From assembly GCF_006345805.1 (NCBI RefSeq), contig NC_043022.1:17856001-17920000 (forward strand): 64,000 nucleotides of DNA. Direction: 5' to 3'. The number at the start of each line of letters is the position of its first letter. Within the stretch, counting starts at the first letter, position 1. Shown here one piece after another: positions 52,720 to 64,000 of the stretch. Under the pieces are notes generated by a model that was not told the DNA's origin, made no database searches, and saw only the letters and a list, made by a program, of their open reading frames with translations. The translations under genes were made by a program, and so were the position numbers. Source of the stretch: Octopus sinensis. Lineage: Eukaryota.

Positions 52720-53045
52720 GAAGGCAAAGTGGCTGAGTTCCTTTCGAGTGTTGGGTCTCACGGAGGCAATGACCAAGACCTTTGGCATTATGTTGTGCTT
52801 GAGAAGAAGACTCATCAAGCTGAGCAAAATTGCAGTCATGGCAGACACTGGTGTCATGTGAATGGCACCTGTGCCAGTGGCATGTTAAAGCACCCATTAC
52901 ACTCTTGGAGTGGTTGGTGTTAGGAAGGGCATCCAGCCATAGAAAACCATGCAAATCAGACTGGAGTCTGCTGCAGCATGCCAGCCCAGTCCAACCGTCC
53001 AACCCATGCCAGCATGGACAACGGATGCTAAATGATGATGACAGA
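52720..53045 (+). mobile_element. RTE LINE 3' end
   Basis: DQDLWHYVVLEKKTHQAE followed by the shared UTR and tail. Confidence 0.8.
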
Positions 53046-53583
53046 TAAGCAGCCATTGATCTCTAGAGACCATGGGTCTGCACTTGGGTAATCTATGTCA
53101 GCCATTGATGGTGGTACTGTGTCTGCTGTAGCTGTCCAGGTCCACTCTCGTGTGCAGTAACGGCATCGGAAGAAGCTCTCAACCAGCAAAACTACTAACC
53201 TTTCCTTTCTTTGAACTTTCCTTTGGTGGCAAGTTCCAGTTTCTTTTCCCCCTCGCTCAATCCCCAACAAGGGCAATCAGTTGTCACCTCCTCCTCCTCC
53301 TCCACCAAAGGCGCACACACACACACACCCACACACATATTTCTACATACACATATATACATACTGGGTTTGGCAAAAAGACGCTGATGGAACACGTCCT
53401 ACATTTAGGGAAAAATAAATTGCTGGAGTCGATTCATTCAACTAAAATTCTTTGAGGCATGCTCCAGTATGGCCATAGTCTAATGACTGAAATAAATATA
53501 AGATAAATACTACATGCTTAAAATACATGTGCTGTTTTAAAAGTTAAAAGCTGCGGTTTATTGTCTGAGAAAAATTCCTTTAA

Positions 53584-53801
53584 CCCTTTCATTACCGTAT
53601 TTACGTTGAGATGCTCTGTTTCTTTCAATTATTTTAAATATAACAAAGAATTTACTAAAACAACTTAGTTATCATTCAGCTAGTGTTAGGAACATAAATT
53701 GTGACCAAGGTTTGGTGGAAGATTTTAATTCTAAACTTATGAAAACAAGACATTTGTACTCAGAACCAGAGGCGGTTTCAGCCAGGTTGGTAACGAAAGG
53801 G
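53584..53801. mobile_element. piggyBac-type MITE, second family
   Basis: TTAA TSD; TIR ccctttcattacc / ggtaacgaaaggg (12/13). Confidence 0.8.
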
Positions 53802-54256
53802 TTAAAGACGAACAGAGTTAAAAAACATGACATAATCTAGAGTTAGGTGAGGAAAAAAAATTGCCCCAAAAGTAATCTCTCTCTCTCTCTGTACACACAC
53901 ACACACACCACATATAAACACTGAAGGTGTGCCAGATATTTGTGAATGATGTTTATCAGACCAGAAATGGACGACGATGAGCTAACCTAATGTTTCACGA
54001 CATGCACCAATTAAACTTCCTCAACAACAACAAAAGGCCAAATCTCAAACTTGCAAAGGAAAAGAGAAGATGTTTGTGAGTCTATAACACCAACCATTGC
54101 GACCTTGGAGATCGTTAATGTCTTGAAAGTAGCCAGGTTACTGGAGTCGATTCCTTAAATACACATATACGTGTGTGTGTGTGTGTGTGTGTGTGTGAAG
54201 AAGGATGAATTCCTATCCACCAAGACTGAAATGGTAACCCACCAGTGACTATACAC

Positions 54257-54673
54257 CAAAGGTTCTCAACATGGGCAGCGCCACTCCCAAGGGGGCACTG
54301 GATATGTTTAAGTGGGGGACATTAGGCTTTAGAGAGTGGTCAGATAACATAACTAACACAAAATTTTATCTATAGTAATAATTACATTAGGCATGATAAA
54401 ACTAATAATGCTTATTAAAACGAGATCTCAATCAGGCTGACGTAAGACATTAATTGACAATGTGTAAAGTAGATTTACAACTTTTCTCTTCATTAATTTC
54501 TTGTCATTTCACTGTTAAAAGCTTTTACAAACCATTTTTAGAGTAAAATTAATAAATCATCATCCATGTTTTAAATTAGTTTAGTCATGGCACCTCACTT
54601 GCCATTTAGGTGGGGCACTAGGGATAACTTTGGGGGTGGGGATGCTACCAAAAAAAATGGTTAAGGACCATTG
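54257..54673. mobile_element. Older hAT-type non-autonomous element
   Basis: Ends caaaggttctcaac / ggttaaggaccattg; TSD degraded (5/8). Confidence 0.55.
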
Positions 54674-55011
54674 CTCTTAACTCATCACTTTGTGTTAATT
54701 GAAGGTTATTTCTGAACTGACAGGATTAACTGGTTACAAGACCAAGAATTTATTTAGGGTCTTAAGAATGGAACCCATTCACAGACAGGTTAAAAGACAG
54801 CCAATACAAGATATTTTAATTTATCTTTTCATCTCTCTCTCTCTAGCAAGATTCATTGAAAGAGCCTCTACAGAGTTGCTTGACCTGCTAGAAATAACAA
54901 CCAAATCTCTCAGCTATTTAAAAAAAAACAACATACTGAGTCAGTCTGGTTGTAGACACTGTGCTGGGAAAAAACAACAGAATGGTCAAGGCTGGAAACA
55001 CCTTTCATCAT

Positions 55012-55431
55012 TTTCTTTTACTCGTTTCAGTCATTTGACTGCGGCCATGCTGGAACACCGCCTTTATAGTCAAGCAAATCGACCCCAGAGCTTATTCTTT
55101 GTAAGCCTAGTACTTATACTATCGGTCTCTTTTGCCGAACCGTTAAGTTATGGGGACGTAAACACACCAGCATCGGTTGTCAAGCAATGCTAGGGGGGAC
55201 AAACAGACACACAAACATATACACACACACACATATACATATATATATATATATACACACACATATACGACGGGCTTCTTCCAGTTTCCGTCTACCAAAT
55301 CCACTCACAAGGCTTTGGTCGGCCCGAGGCTATAGTAGAAGACACTTGCCCAAGTTGCCATGCAGTGGGACTGAACCCGGGGCCATGTGGTTGGTAAGCA
55401 AACTACTTACCACACACCCACTCCTGTGCCT
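55012..55431 (-). mobile_element. tRNA-derived SINE family A (CORE-like domain), full length and young
   Basis: A/B boxes (gtgtggtaag / gggttcagtccc), gcaacttgggcaagtgtcttc core, microsatellite linker and ...gcatggccgcagtcaaatgactgaaac tail. Confidence 0.85.
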
Positions 55432-58129
55432 GAGTTTTTGGGGTTTTTTTGTTTGTTTTTGTAATTAAGGTCTTAATGGAAATTAAACAAGCATTCTTCT
55501 GCAGGTATAAATGGTTGGAGAAAACAACATGGTTTTGTTCATTGACAAGTTGTTACCATGGTGATGATTATTCACTTAACTGGAAGAAGGCAGTCACAAC
55601 CAGTTCATCATCATCATGATTTTTCTCTGACCTAATCACTGGCTGATATCTTTATCTTTACTATCATCACCACCATCGTCATCATCTTCTCTCACTCACC
55701 TTCCACATGACTCTCAGACTCCCTCAGGTCATTCTAATTAATTTAAAAGCCATGAGTCTGGTTGAGTCATATCAAACACAAACACACTGACACAGAATAT
55801 AGAAAGCACATGGCTAAAGAGATGAAGGGGTTGATCACTGAAGGATCACATATACATACATACACCCATATACACATGTGCACCCACCCACACATCTCCC
55901 TGTCCCAATTGTATCTCCTCCTCCTCCTCCTCCATACTAGTCTCCTCCTTTCACCCCTATCTCCCATCTTTGTCCATCACTCTCTTCCCTTCCACCCCCT
56001 CACACACTTACCCACCCATTCCCCCCAGCCCAACCCATCTTGACCATTCCTCTCCCATTCACTTTCCTACACTCTGACCCCTCTTCCCCACCATCTTCTC
56101 TCCTTCTCCAACCAGGGTAGCCATGTACCTCCTCTTCACCAAGACTCTAGTTCATGCCCCTCTGTTATACTTTAACCTTTCATCACCTGGCATAATGCCA
56201 CCTCCTCTATCCACCCCTTACTCTCCTCTCCTCCCGTGACCCACTACCCACATCCTGTCATCAGTTCACTTCCTTTGCTCTGGCTCCTTATCTTTATTTC
56301 CTTCCCAACTACTCCCATTCACCCCTGTATAATGTGTGGGAGCCATGTCATCCCCTCTATAGCAACACACTCTCCTTCCTAAGCCTTTCAACACTTGACA
56401 TAAAATGACCCACCCATACCTTCCAAATACTAACCCACCCCCTACTTAGTAGTGGGGGGGATTTTCCCCTCTGTCTTGTGGTGGAGTGGTTAGATGGCAA
56501 CCTCACTTGTGAAAATGAAAGAAAGCCCCAAGTGCACACTCTGTAAAGTGGTTGGTGTCTGGAAGGGCATCCAGCCATAGAAGCCAAACCAAAACAGACA
56601 ACAGGGGGGGGGGGCATGGTATGTCTCTGCAACTCACTGGTTCCTGTCAAATTGTTCAACCTAAGTCAGCAAAGAAAACAGACGTTAAACAAAGATGATG
56701 ACAACACACACACATCTACGGACCATTCCAAGAGTTGGTCCCTCATGCAGCTTAAATTTCAAATCCTATTTTGCAAGATAATTTATGCATGCTTTCAATC
56801 GTTACAGTCCAAAATTTAATTCTTTGAAGAGCTTTTCTCTTTAATTTGTGGATTTTTTTTTTTTTGTGCCTGGTAATGAAAAATATTCCCATTAGAGTCC
56901 CAAACGTGACAAATCTTTCAAAATACTTGTGATATATGATATAATTGTAGCTCAGGATGTTTGATTATCTATTCAGATAAAATATTTGGCATGATTTGTT
57001 TCATGTCACCTTCACCTCTGTTGATTTTGCAGTTGTACAGATAAAAGTAGTTTTTCTTACTCCTCTACTCGCTAACATTTATTTGCCCTTAATTCTCAAG
57101 GGCAAATGAAAACCATTTTTTGTCATTATACATGATCTTTCAGTTTCTGTCCTTCAAGTAAATCTAGTCACATCTGGAACATTCTGGATGTTCCATGAAA
57201 TAACTTTAATGGTTTTCAAGTTATTACAATTTTGAAATGAAAAATACCTTATTCTCCTATTTTATGAATGTGGAGGGGAATAAACTCACACACACACACA
57301 CACACTTGTATATATATGAAAAGGTTCTTTCAGTTTCCATCCACCAAATCCACTCACAGGGCTTCGGTTGACCTGTGGCATTAGTAGAAGACACTTGCCC
57401 AAGGTGCCACACAGTGGAACTGAACCCGGAACCAAGTGGTTGGGAAGCAAACTTATAACTATACAGCCACCCTAAACACATATTAGACAGAAACATTTAC
57501 ACTACTGACGAATTATAAAACATGAAATAGCTGAACTCCTGCTTTGCCCTGATACGACATGTTGTGGAAATTGTGAAGGAGGACAAAGAACTTCACAATC
57601 CCATAAATGCTATGAATTAAATTTGATATTTTGTTTTTGTTTTATTTTGGTGATTTATATGAAGCTTTGTGATATTTTCATGTGAAACGGACAAGTTACA
57701 GAATGTTTTTGAGAGTATCAGAGCACCTTTCTTATTTCTTTTTATGCCATGTCACAACTGGAACACTATCCAGAGGGATTAGGCCAGCATTATCAGCTCA
57801 AATTACACTTTGGGTTTGTAGACCTTCACAATATCATTTTTAAAAATGTAGCATTTGTTTTCAATTTAAACCAATGTCTGTAGGACAATATTTTCAGAGA
57901 AGTTTGCTTCAAAACATATCCAGCACAAAAAAAAGGAGACTTTTGCTTGCCACATCCAGAACACAATTTCCTTGTATATAAAAAAAAATTCATTAAATAA
58001 ATAAAACACACACATTTTAACCACTGACCTCTTCTATTCACATTTGCATTTTGAAAATATTAGTTTTGTTCTTTATGGAGAAATTGGGTATTTCAGCCTC
58101 TACATGTCATGTCCAGAACTTATGGAATG

Positions 58130-58189
<60 letters not shown>

Positions 58190-58193
<4 letters not shown>

Positions 58194-58431
58194 CAATATG
58201 TTACATTACTCGGTAGTCAAGATAAAACTCTGACACCATCTCTTCGGTTATCTGGCTATTTGAAAAATAGCCAGATAACCGAAGAGATGGTGTTGTGGAT
58301 TTCCACTTCGGCATCTGAAACTCAGAGTTTTATCTTGACTACCGAGTAATGTAACATATTGTATAGATAAATTTCCTCTATTTACATAATATTGAGGTCT
58401 CTTTCTTTCTTTTGTTATCTTACCATTTTAT

Positions 58432-58433
<2 letters not shown>
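58190..58433 (+). mobile_element. Penelope-like terminal-repeat fragment with nested inverted repeats and a degenerate hammerhead, in (TA)n
   Basis: 44-bp outer arms (58190-58233 / 58322-58365) and a 29-bp inner hairpin (58233-58261 / 58265-58293). Core reads CCGAAGA-GATG...CATC-T-GAAA-CTC...GAG-TA. (TA)n on both sides. Confidence 0.55.
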
Positions 58434-58434
<1 letters not shown>

Positions 58435-58478
<44 letters not shown>

Positions 58479-58483
58479 CATAC

Positions 58484-58530
<47 letters not shown>
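58435..58530. repeat. (TA)n/(TACA)n microsatellite; representative of dozens of (TA)n, (CA)n, (GAT)n, (AAT)n and (AAC)n tracts across the window
   Basis: Read directly from the sequence; these tracts explain most of the [12 protein letters not shown] ORFs in the track. Confidence 0.98.
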
Positions 58531-58533
<3 letters not shown>

Positions 58534-59054
58534 CCAAATTGAGTGAGTGGAACAGGTAAAAATTCAGGCTACATATGTTTCCTAGTTAGTAGATCCTCTG
58601 ATGTAATAATTACTCAACAAGAGCTACTCTGCTAGCTCCCCATCAAGCCAAAAATACCCTCATTAAACGAAGTTTGCCGTTAAGGAATCCCAAGTTAACT
58701 CGCTGGAACGGCTTAAAGCTTACAAACTTCCTACACTTAGATCTTTAGATCTTATAATTATATATACATACATGCACATATATTATACACACACACATAT
58801 ATATATGACACACCTGTGTGCACCTGTTCAGACAACTTTGATTTGATGAAGGAGAGAATAAGCCAATGTCTGGCACAAACATTTCATCACTAGAAGCAAA
58901 TCATTTAGGCAGGGCATTCAGCCAAAAACTGAACGCTCGTGTTGTTTTCCATGGGAGAGTACATCATATATATATATATGTGTATATATGTATACGCTCA
59001 CGCGCATACATACATATATATACACACACACAGTCCTGCCTGCACCTATATATA

Positions 59055-59127
<73 letters not shown>

Positions 59128-59129
59128 AT

Positions 59130-59290
59130 AGGTGGTGGTGTGGGTGTGTGGTAAGAAGCTTGCTTTCCAACCACCTGATTCTGGGTTCAGTCCCACTGCA
59201 TGGCACCTTGGGCAGGTGTCTTCTACTATAGCCTCAGGCCAACCAAAGCCTGGTGAGTGGAAGTGGTAGACAGAAACTGAAAGAAGCCCG

Positions 59291-59367
<77 letters not shown>

Positions 59368-59556
59368 ATATTTATGTATGTGTTTGTCCACCATCCTCCA
59401 ATTCTTGACAATGGTGTTGGCGTGTTTATGTTCCCATAACTTAGTGGTTCAGCAAGAGATATCAATAGAATAAGGCTTAAAAAAAAAGTTCAACCATAAA
59501 TTCTTGAAGGTGATACTCCAGCATGGCCGCAGTCACGACTGAAACAAGTAAAAGAT
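59130..59556 (+). mobile_element. SINE family A, full length; other copies at 1-217, 2538-2950(-), 4579-4986, 14365-14685(-), 27800-28200(-), 28940-29100(-), 40830-40990(-), 57300-57470(-), 60340-60555 and 62585-62933
   Basis: Same head, core and tail as 55012. Confidence 0.85.
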
Positions 59557-59607
59557 AAGAGATATATGTAAGTGGGTATGCATATTTTGTGTCACACTGA
59601 GAAGTGA

Positions 59608-59667
59608 TGCATGGTACCAGAACGCAAGGTACCAGAATGCATGGTACCGGAATGCATGGTACCAGAA
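59608..59667. repeat. 4 x 15-bp tandem repeat (tgcatggtaccagaa)
   Basis: Read directly from the sequence. Confidence 0.9.
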
Positions 59668-60288
59668 TTTTCAACTCCATTCAAATATAAGAAACTACTC
59701 ATTAGAGTATCTGCACAAGTAGAGTGTGGACTGGCATGTTTGGACTGGCATCAAATCAAATAGGGATATTTTGAAATATTCCTATTTGGCTTGACTTCAT
59801 TATTACAACTTATATAGATGCACACATATATGTATGTATATACATATATACATACACACATATCATACATGCACATCATACACACGTGTGTGTGGGGGGG
59901 GGGCTACATAAGTCGTTGATTAGAGTTTTGACCTCTCATTAAAACATTCCAGTTGTGACAATCTTGTCTCCTTTTCTGGTTGCTATGACAACATTATCTA
60001 ATCCTTTTGTGGTAACTATGGCAATATTATTTTCATTAAAGTACACTGCTCTGTTGTTTCAATTAATTTTGAAAAGAATTTTAATTCACTTTCAGCTTTT
60101 AGCATTTAAACTGGCCCAAAAATTCTGTCTTATGTTCAAGCTGACCTGATCCAACCAATCTTTAAGATTGCTTCAAGATACATAGCATATTTTATGGTGT
60201 ATTTTATAACAATGCCTGTTCAAGTATCATAAAAGCATGAAACTATTTGTAGCTCTTTCAGTTGCATATTAAAATTATATAAAAATAA

Positions 60289-60338
<50 letters not shown>

Positions 60339-61126
60339 TGCGTGTGTCTAAGTCTTTGTGTATGATCCCCACCACCTCGTTACAACCAATGTTAGTGTGT
60401 TTACATCCTTGTAACTTAGTGGTTCAGCAGAAGAGACCAATGGAATAAGTACCAGGCTTAGAAAAATTCGGTACTGGGGTTGATTCATCCAACTAAGTCT
60501 TCAAGATGGTGCCCCAGCTTGGCCACAATCCAACGATTGAAACAAGATAAAAGACTGTGTTTGTGTGTGTATCTAAGTCTATCTCAAAACATTACCATTT
60601 CTTTGACTGGCTCCAATTAACACTTCTCTCTTGGAAAGTGTTCGCATTATGTCAAAGAAGAAAATTCATTTTTACTCAAAGATATTGATGGAAGAAATTT
60701 ACTAAAATGCCAAATAGCTTTGCTTTGTAGAAGTGTGGAACTAACCAAAACCCAAACATTTAGTCTTCAGCAGAATGACAGTCACAGAATTATTAAAAGT
60801 AGAACAGACCTCCACACACACACTCAGACACTGAGGCATGCGTTAGGGAAATGACAGCAGCATGCTGCAGAATGCAGAGGCAGATTCCAGAAAAAGACTC
60901 CAAGATAAGCAGCAAGATGGTGAGGTGTAGTAGGAGGAAGCTGAGTGTATGGATGTGGGACAAAGGGAGAGGAGAGGAAGGCAGAGAAGAGTGAGGGAGT
61001 TGACAGCTATGAGGGGGAGGGATAACAACATCATCCAACGTTGTTGTGGAGACGAGAAGATGGAATTAACTGGAGAGTGATGCACACAACATGTATACAA
61101 TACACACTGAGGTACACTTAGGCAAA

Positions 61127-61158
<32 letters not shown>

Positions 61159-61278
61159 GATAGATAGACAGATAGATGTGTGCGCTTGTATGTATATATG
61201 TGTGTAATGTACCTAGTGTGACACTACATTGCTCTGAGCCCCTGTGACACCAACACTTCTGTACAAAGAAAGGGAGAG

Positions 61279-61314
<36 letters not shown>

Positions 61315-61322
61315 TGCAATTA

Positions 61323-61538
61323 TTGGGTTGGTACATAATTATTACGGCTTTTTTTTCAACAAATTTTATTCAACAAAAACATCTTTAAATGACGGTCTGA
61401 CCGTCTGCCAAGCAAATGGGAAGCCGTGATTGAAGTGGATGGTGAATATGCTCCGGAACAATCATTTAAAGATGTTTTTGTTGCATGTTGTTATTGTTTT
61501 TGTTGAAAAAAAGCCACAATAATTATGCACCAACCTAA
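61323..61538 (+). mobile_element. Internally deleted mariner element (MITE-like)
   Basis: TA TSD; TIRs ttgggttggtacataattatt / aataattatgcaccaacctaa, extending imperfectly to ~70 bp. The interior encodes LPSKWEAVIEVDGEYAPE, a mariner transposase C-terminus. Confidence 0.85.
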
Positions 61539-63484
61539 TATATTATGAAAAGACGATTTGGTGATCCTTGGGTATTGGTATACCCAGTGTTGATATGAGG
61601 AGATACTGCCAGTCCCCTTCTATCTCAGCCTTTTTATCTCTCTCATGAGGGAAGGTCGTGTGAGTGACTGACTGATGCTGTGCACCAATACTGAAGGATT
61701 GCTGACTATTTTAGTAAAACAAACACAAAAACCATTGAATTCACTTTTCAATTATTTCTAGAGCTGTGAAAAGTCTGATTACGATTAGAAAGACTGCGTT
61801 AGTGACCCGGTCACCATTATTCAGTCAAATGTAATCCTTATTTATGGCCATTGTCTCAAAAGGATCCAGCATTATCTCGTAGCTTTGAGATATTACGGTG
61901 ATGTGATTGTTTATCTTTAGAATGACATTGTAGGGTAAGTGTAAGAGGCCAGATCTGTCCTGTTTCAACATAAAACAAGTAGAATATTTGGATCCTGGAC
62001 AGGGCTATGTTTAAATGATGAAGGGATGGATATGTAGATATATGCTGGCATGGGTCAGACGGTTTGACTGAAAGTGGTAAGCTGGAGGGCTGCACCAGGT
62101 TCCAATCCGGTTTGGTACATAGAAATATAGACACACACACACAGATGTCAGGAATGGGTGTGCGGTTAAGAGATTTGCTTCCCTACCATACTCTATCCCC
62201 ATGCTGACCAAAGCCTTAAGAGTGGATTTGGTTGGAAACTGAAAGAAGCCTTGTGTGTGTGTGTATTTTATTTATGCGCCCTTTTCAAGCCTAGCCAGGC
62301 TTCTATGGCGCATGTGTTCCCCCCCAGCTGGACGGGACGCCAGTCCATTGCAGCGTTACTCAAGAAACAGGAAGAAAGGGTGAGAGAAAGTTGGGGCGAA
62401 AGAGTAAAACAGGGGTCGCCACCAACCCCGGTCAGGGCCTTGTGGAGCTTTAGGTGTTTTCGCTCAATAAACACACACAACGTCCGGTCTGGAAATCGAA
62501 ACCAAGATCCTCCGACTGCGAGTCCACTGCCCTAAACACTGGGCCATTGCACCTCCACATACATATATATATATATATATATATAGTTGCAAGCGTGGCT
62601 GTATGGTAATAAGTTTGGTTCTCAACCACATGGTTCTGGGTTCAGTCCCACTGTGTGGAACCTTGGGCAAATGTCCTCTGCTATGGTGTTGGGCTGGGGA
62701 AAGTCTTGTGAATAGATCTGGTAGATGGAAACTGAAAGAAGCCCGTTATGCATGTATATGTGTGTCGTTGTGCCTGTGTTTGCCTCCCACCACTGTTTGG
62801 CAACTGCTGTTGGTGTGTTTATGTCTCTGTAACTTAGCAGTTCGGCAAAACAGACCAATAGAATTAGTACTAGGGTTGATTCAAGTTGGTACCCCAGCAT
62901 GGCCACAATTAAATGACTGAAACAAGTAAAAGAGTGTGAGTGTGTGTGTGTGTATATAAGGTGCAGTGTTTGTGTTTCCTTGTCCTAACGAGGTATGATT
63001 GTTGTAAACGAATGCCACCTTCATACAGTGTCCTTTGTTTCCAATTTACTGTGATGACATGCCCAGCCATAGAGAAATATTACTTTGCTTGGGAACAGGT
63101 AAGGGTTGGTGACAAGAGGGGCATCTGGCCTTAGAAAATGTCCTTCAAACAATTCTATCCGATCCATGCAAACATAGAAAACTGGATGTTAAAACGATGA
63201 AACCACACGGAATAACCAAAGAGGTAGATTTTAGTATCGTTGGAAGAAGAAAAGGATACTTCTTGATAGATACAGATATGGAGACTCACATGCAGAACCT
63301 TAGGTTTCTGAGTCAACAAATTGATGATTGTTGCACAGAAAATACAAAAAACATGATATTTTATGCTTTACAAAGCATGCAGTCATTTTAACAAATATAG
63401 AAATATGTAGCCAAATATCCCACTGGGGTAGCCAGGTATCCCCTCTAAAGTAAGACATCTCTGTCCTTCTATTATACCCTAATC

Positions 63485-63832
63485 CAGGGGTTCTCAACCA
63501 TTTTTATCTATGGATCCTTTTGATTACTATTTTATCCTGGTGGACCCCAGAGCCATTCAGTGTTTAAAAACTAGCTTTAGAGACACTACTTTCAAAATTC
63601 CTATTTTGTTTTTCACATATAAACTCATGTAGGTTGAACTATGAAAAATGGTAGAGAATGGAACCTGACTGTTTCTGCAATAAATGCCAATACATACACC
63701 AAAAGCAAAGTTTTTTCAGGGGCCCTTAAAATACTACTGTAGGTTCCCAATTTATTATTTTGTTTTGTGGACCCCCAAACATCTTATACAGATCCTCAGA
63801 GAGGCCATACAGACCCTAGATCAGAACTATTG
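63485..63832. mobile_element. hAT-type non-autonomous transposon (same family)
   Basis: TIR caggggttctcaac; TSD ccctaatc/ctctaatc (7/8); internal similarity to 48458. Confidence 0.8.
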
Positions 63833-64000
63833 CTCTAATCTCTCACCTAGCACACACCCACTTGCTCGGTCAACTTAAGAGGTCTTTGTCTTACAAGTTA
63901 CTTGGTGCTGGTACCATGAAAAAAGCACCCAGTGCATACTGTAAAGTGGTTGGCGTTAAGAAGGGGCATCCAGCAGTAGAAACCATGTCAAAGCAGATAA

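Noticed and set aside
244-64000. Most ORFs in the supplied track ([12 protein letters not shown], poly-L/I)
   Set aside because: They are translations of microsatellites or of SINE/LINE UTR sequence, with no domain content or splice support.

Overview
Eukaryotic, AT-rich, microsatellite-saturated genomic DNA, most likely from an octopus or related coleoid cephalopod. That assignment is an inference from the tRNA-derived SINE families and RTE LINE tails ending in (GAT)n. No prokaryotic genes or CRISPR arrays were seen. The one well-supported protein-coding feature is a large minus-strand exon (acceptor at 42710, GTAAGT donor at 41215). It encodes about 480 aa of Ser-rich disordered sequence with two actin-binding-like motifs (KVSDLTSLFEE, MKDLRNKFEK) and YENV/YDDI tyrosine motifs. 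The exon has one clear frameshift (about 41444) and probably a second near the start (about 42674), each repaired by +1 nt. Candidate further exons lie at 9982-10048 and 51458-51785, the latter carrying a coding-like 18-bp repeat. The remainder is intronic TE debris: three SINE families; RTE and CR1 LINE fragments; hAT, piggyBac and mariner MITEs with recognisable TSDs; a DD37D transposase relic; Helitron remnants; and a Penelope-like GIY-YIG relic. The most interesting signal is a set of at least six unrelated type I hammerhead-ribozyme(-like) motifs. One is structurally complete (15801-15851), one shows an apparent G3:C8 compensatory swap (31361-31418), and one sits in a ~299-bp tandem repeat of retrozyme-like size (38470-38970). 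Three of these motifs lie next to the axis of long inverted repeats. All RNA folds were assigned by eye and are untested. SINE and LINE boundaries are approximate.
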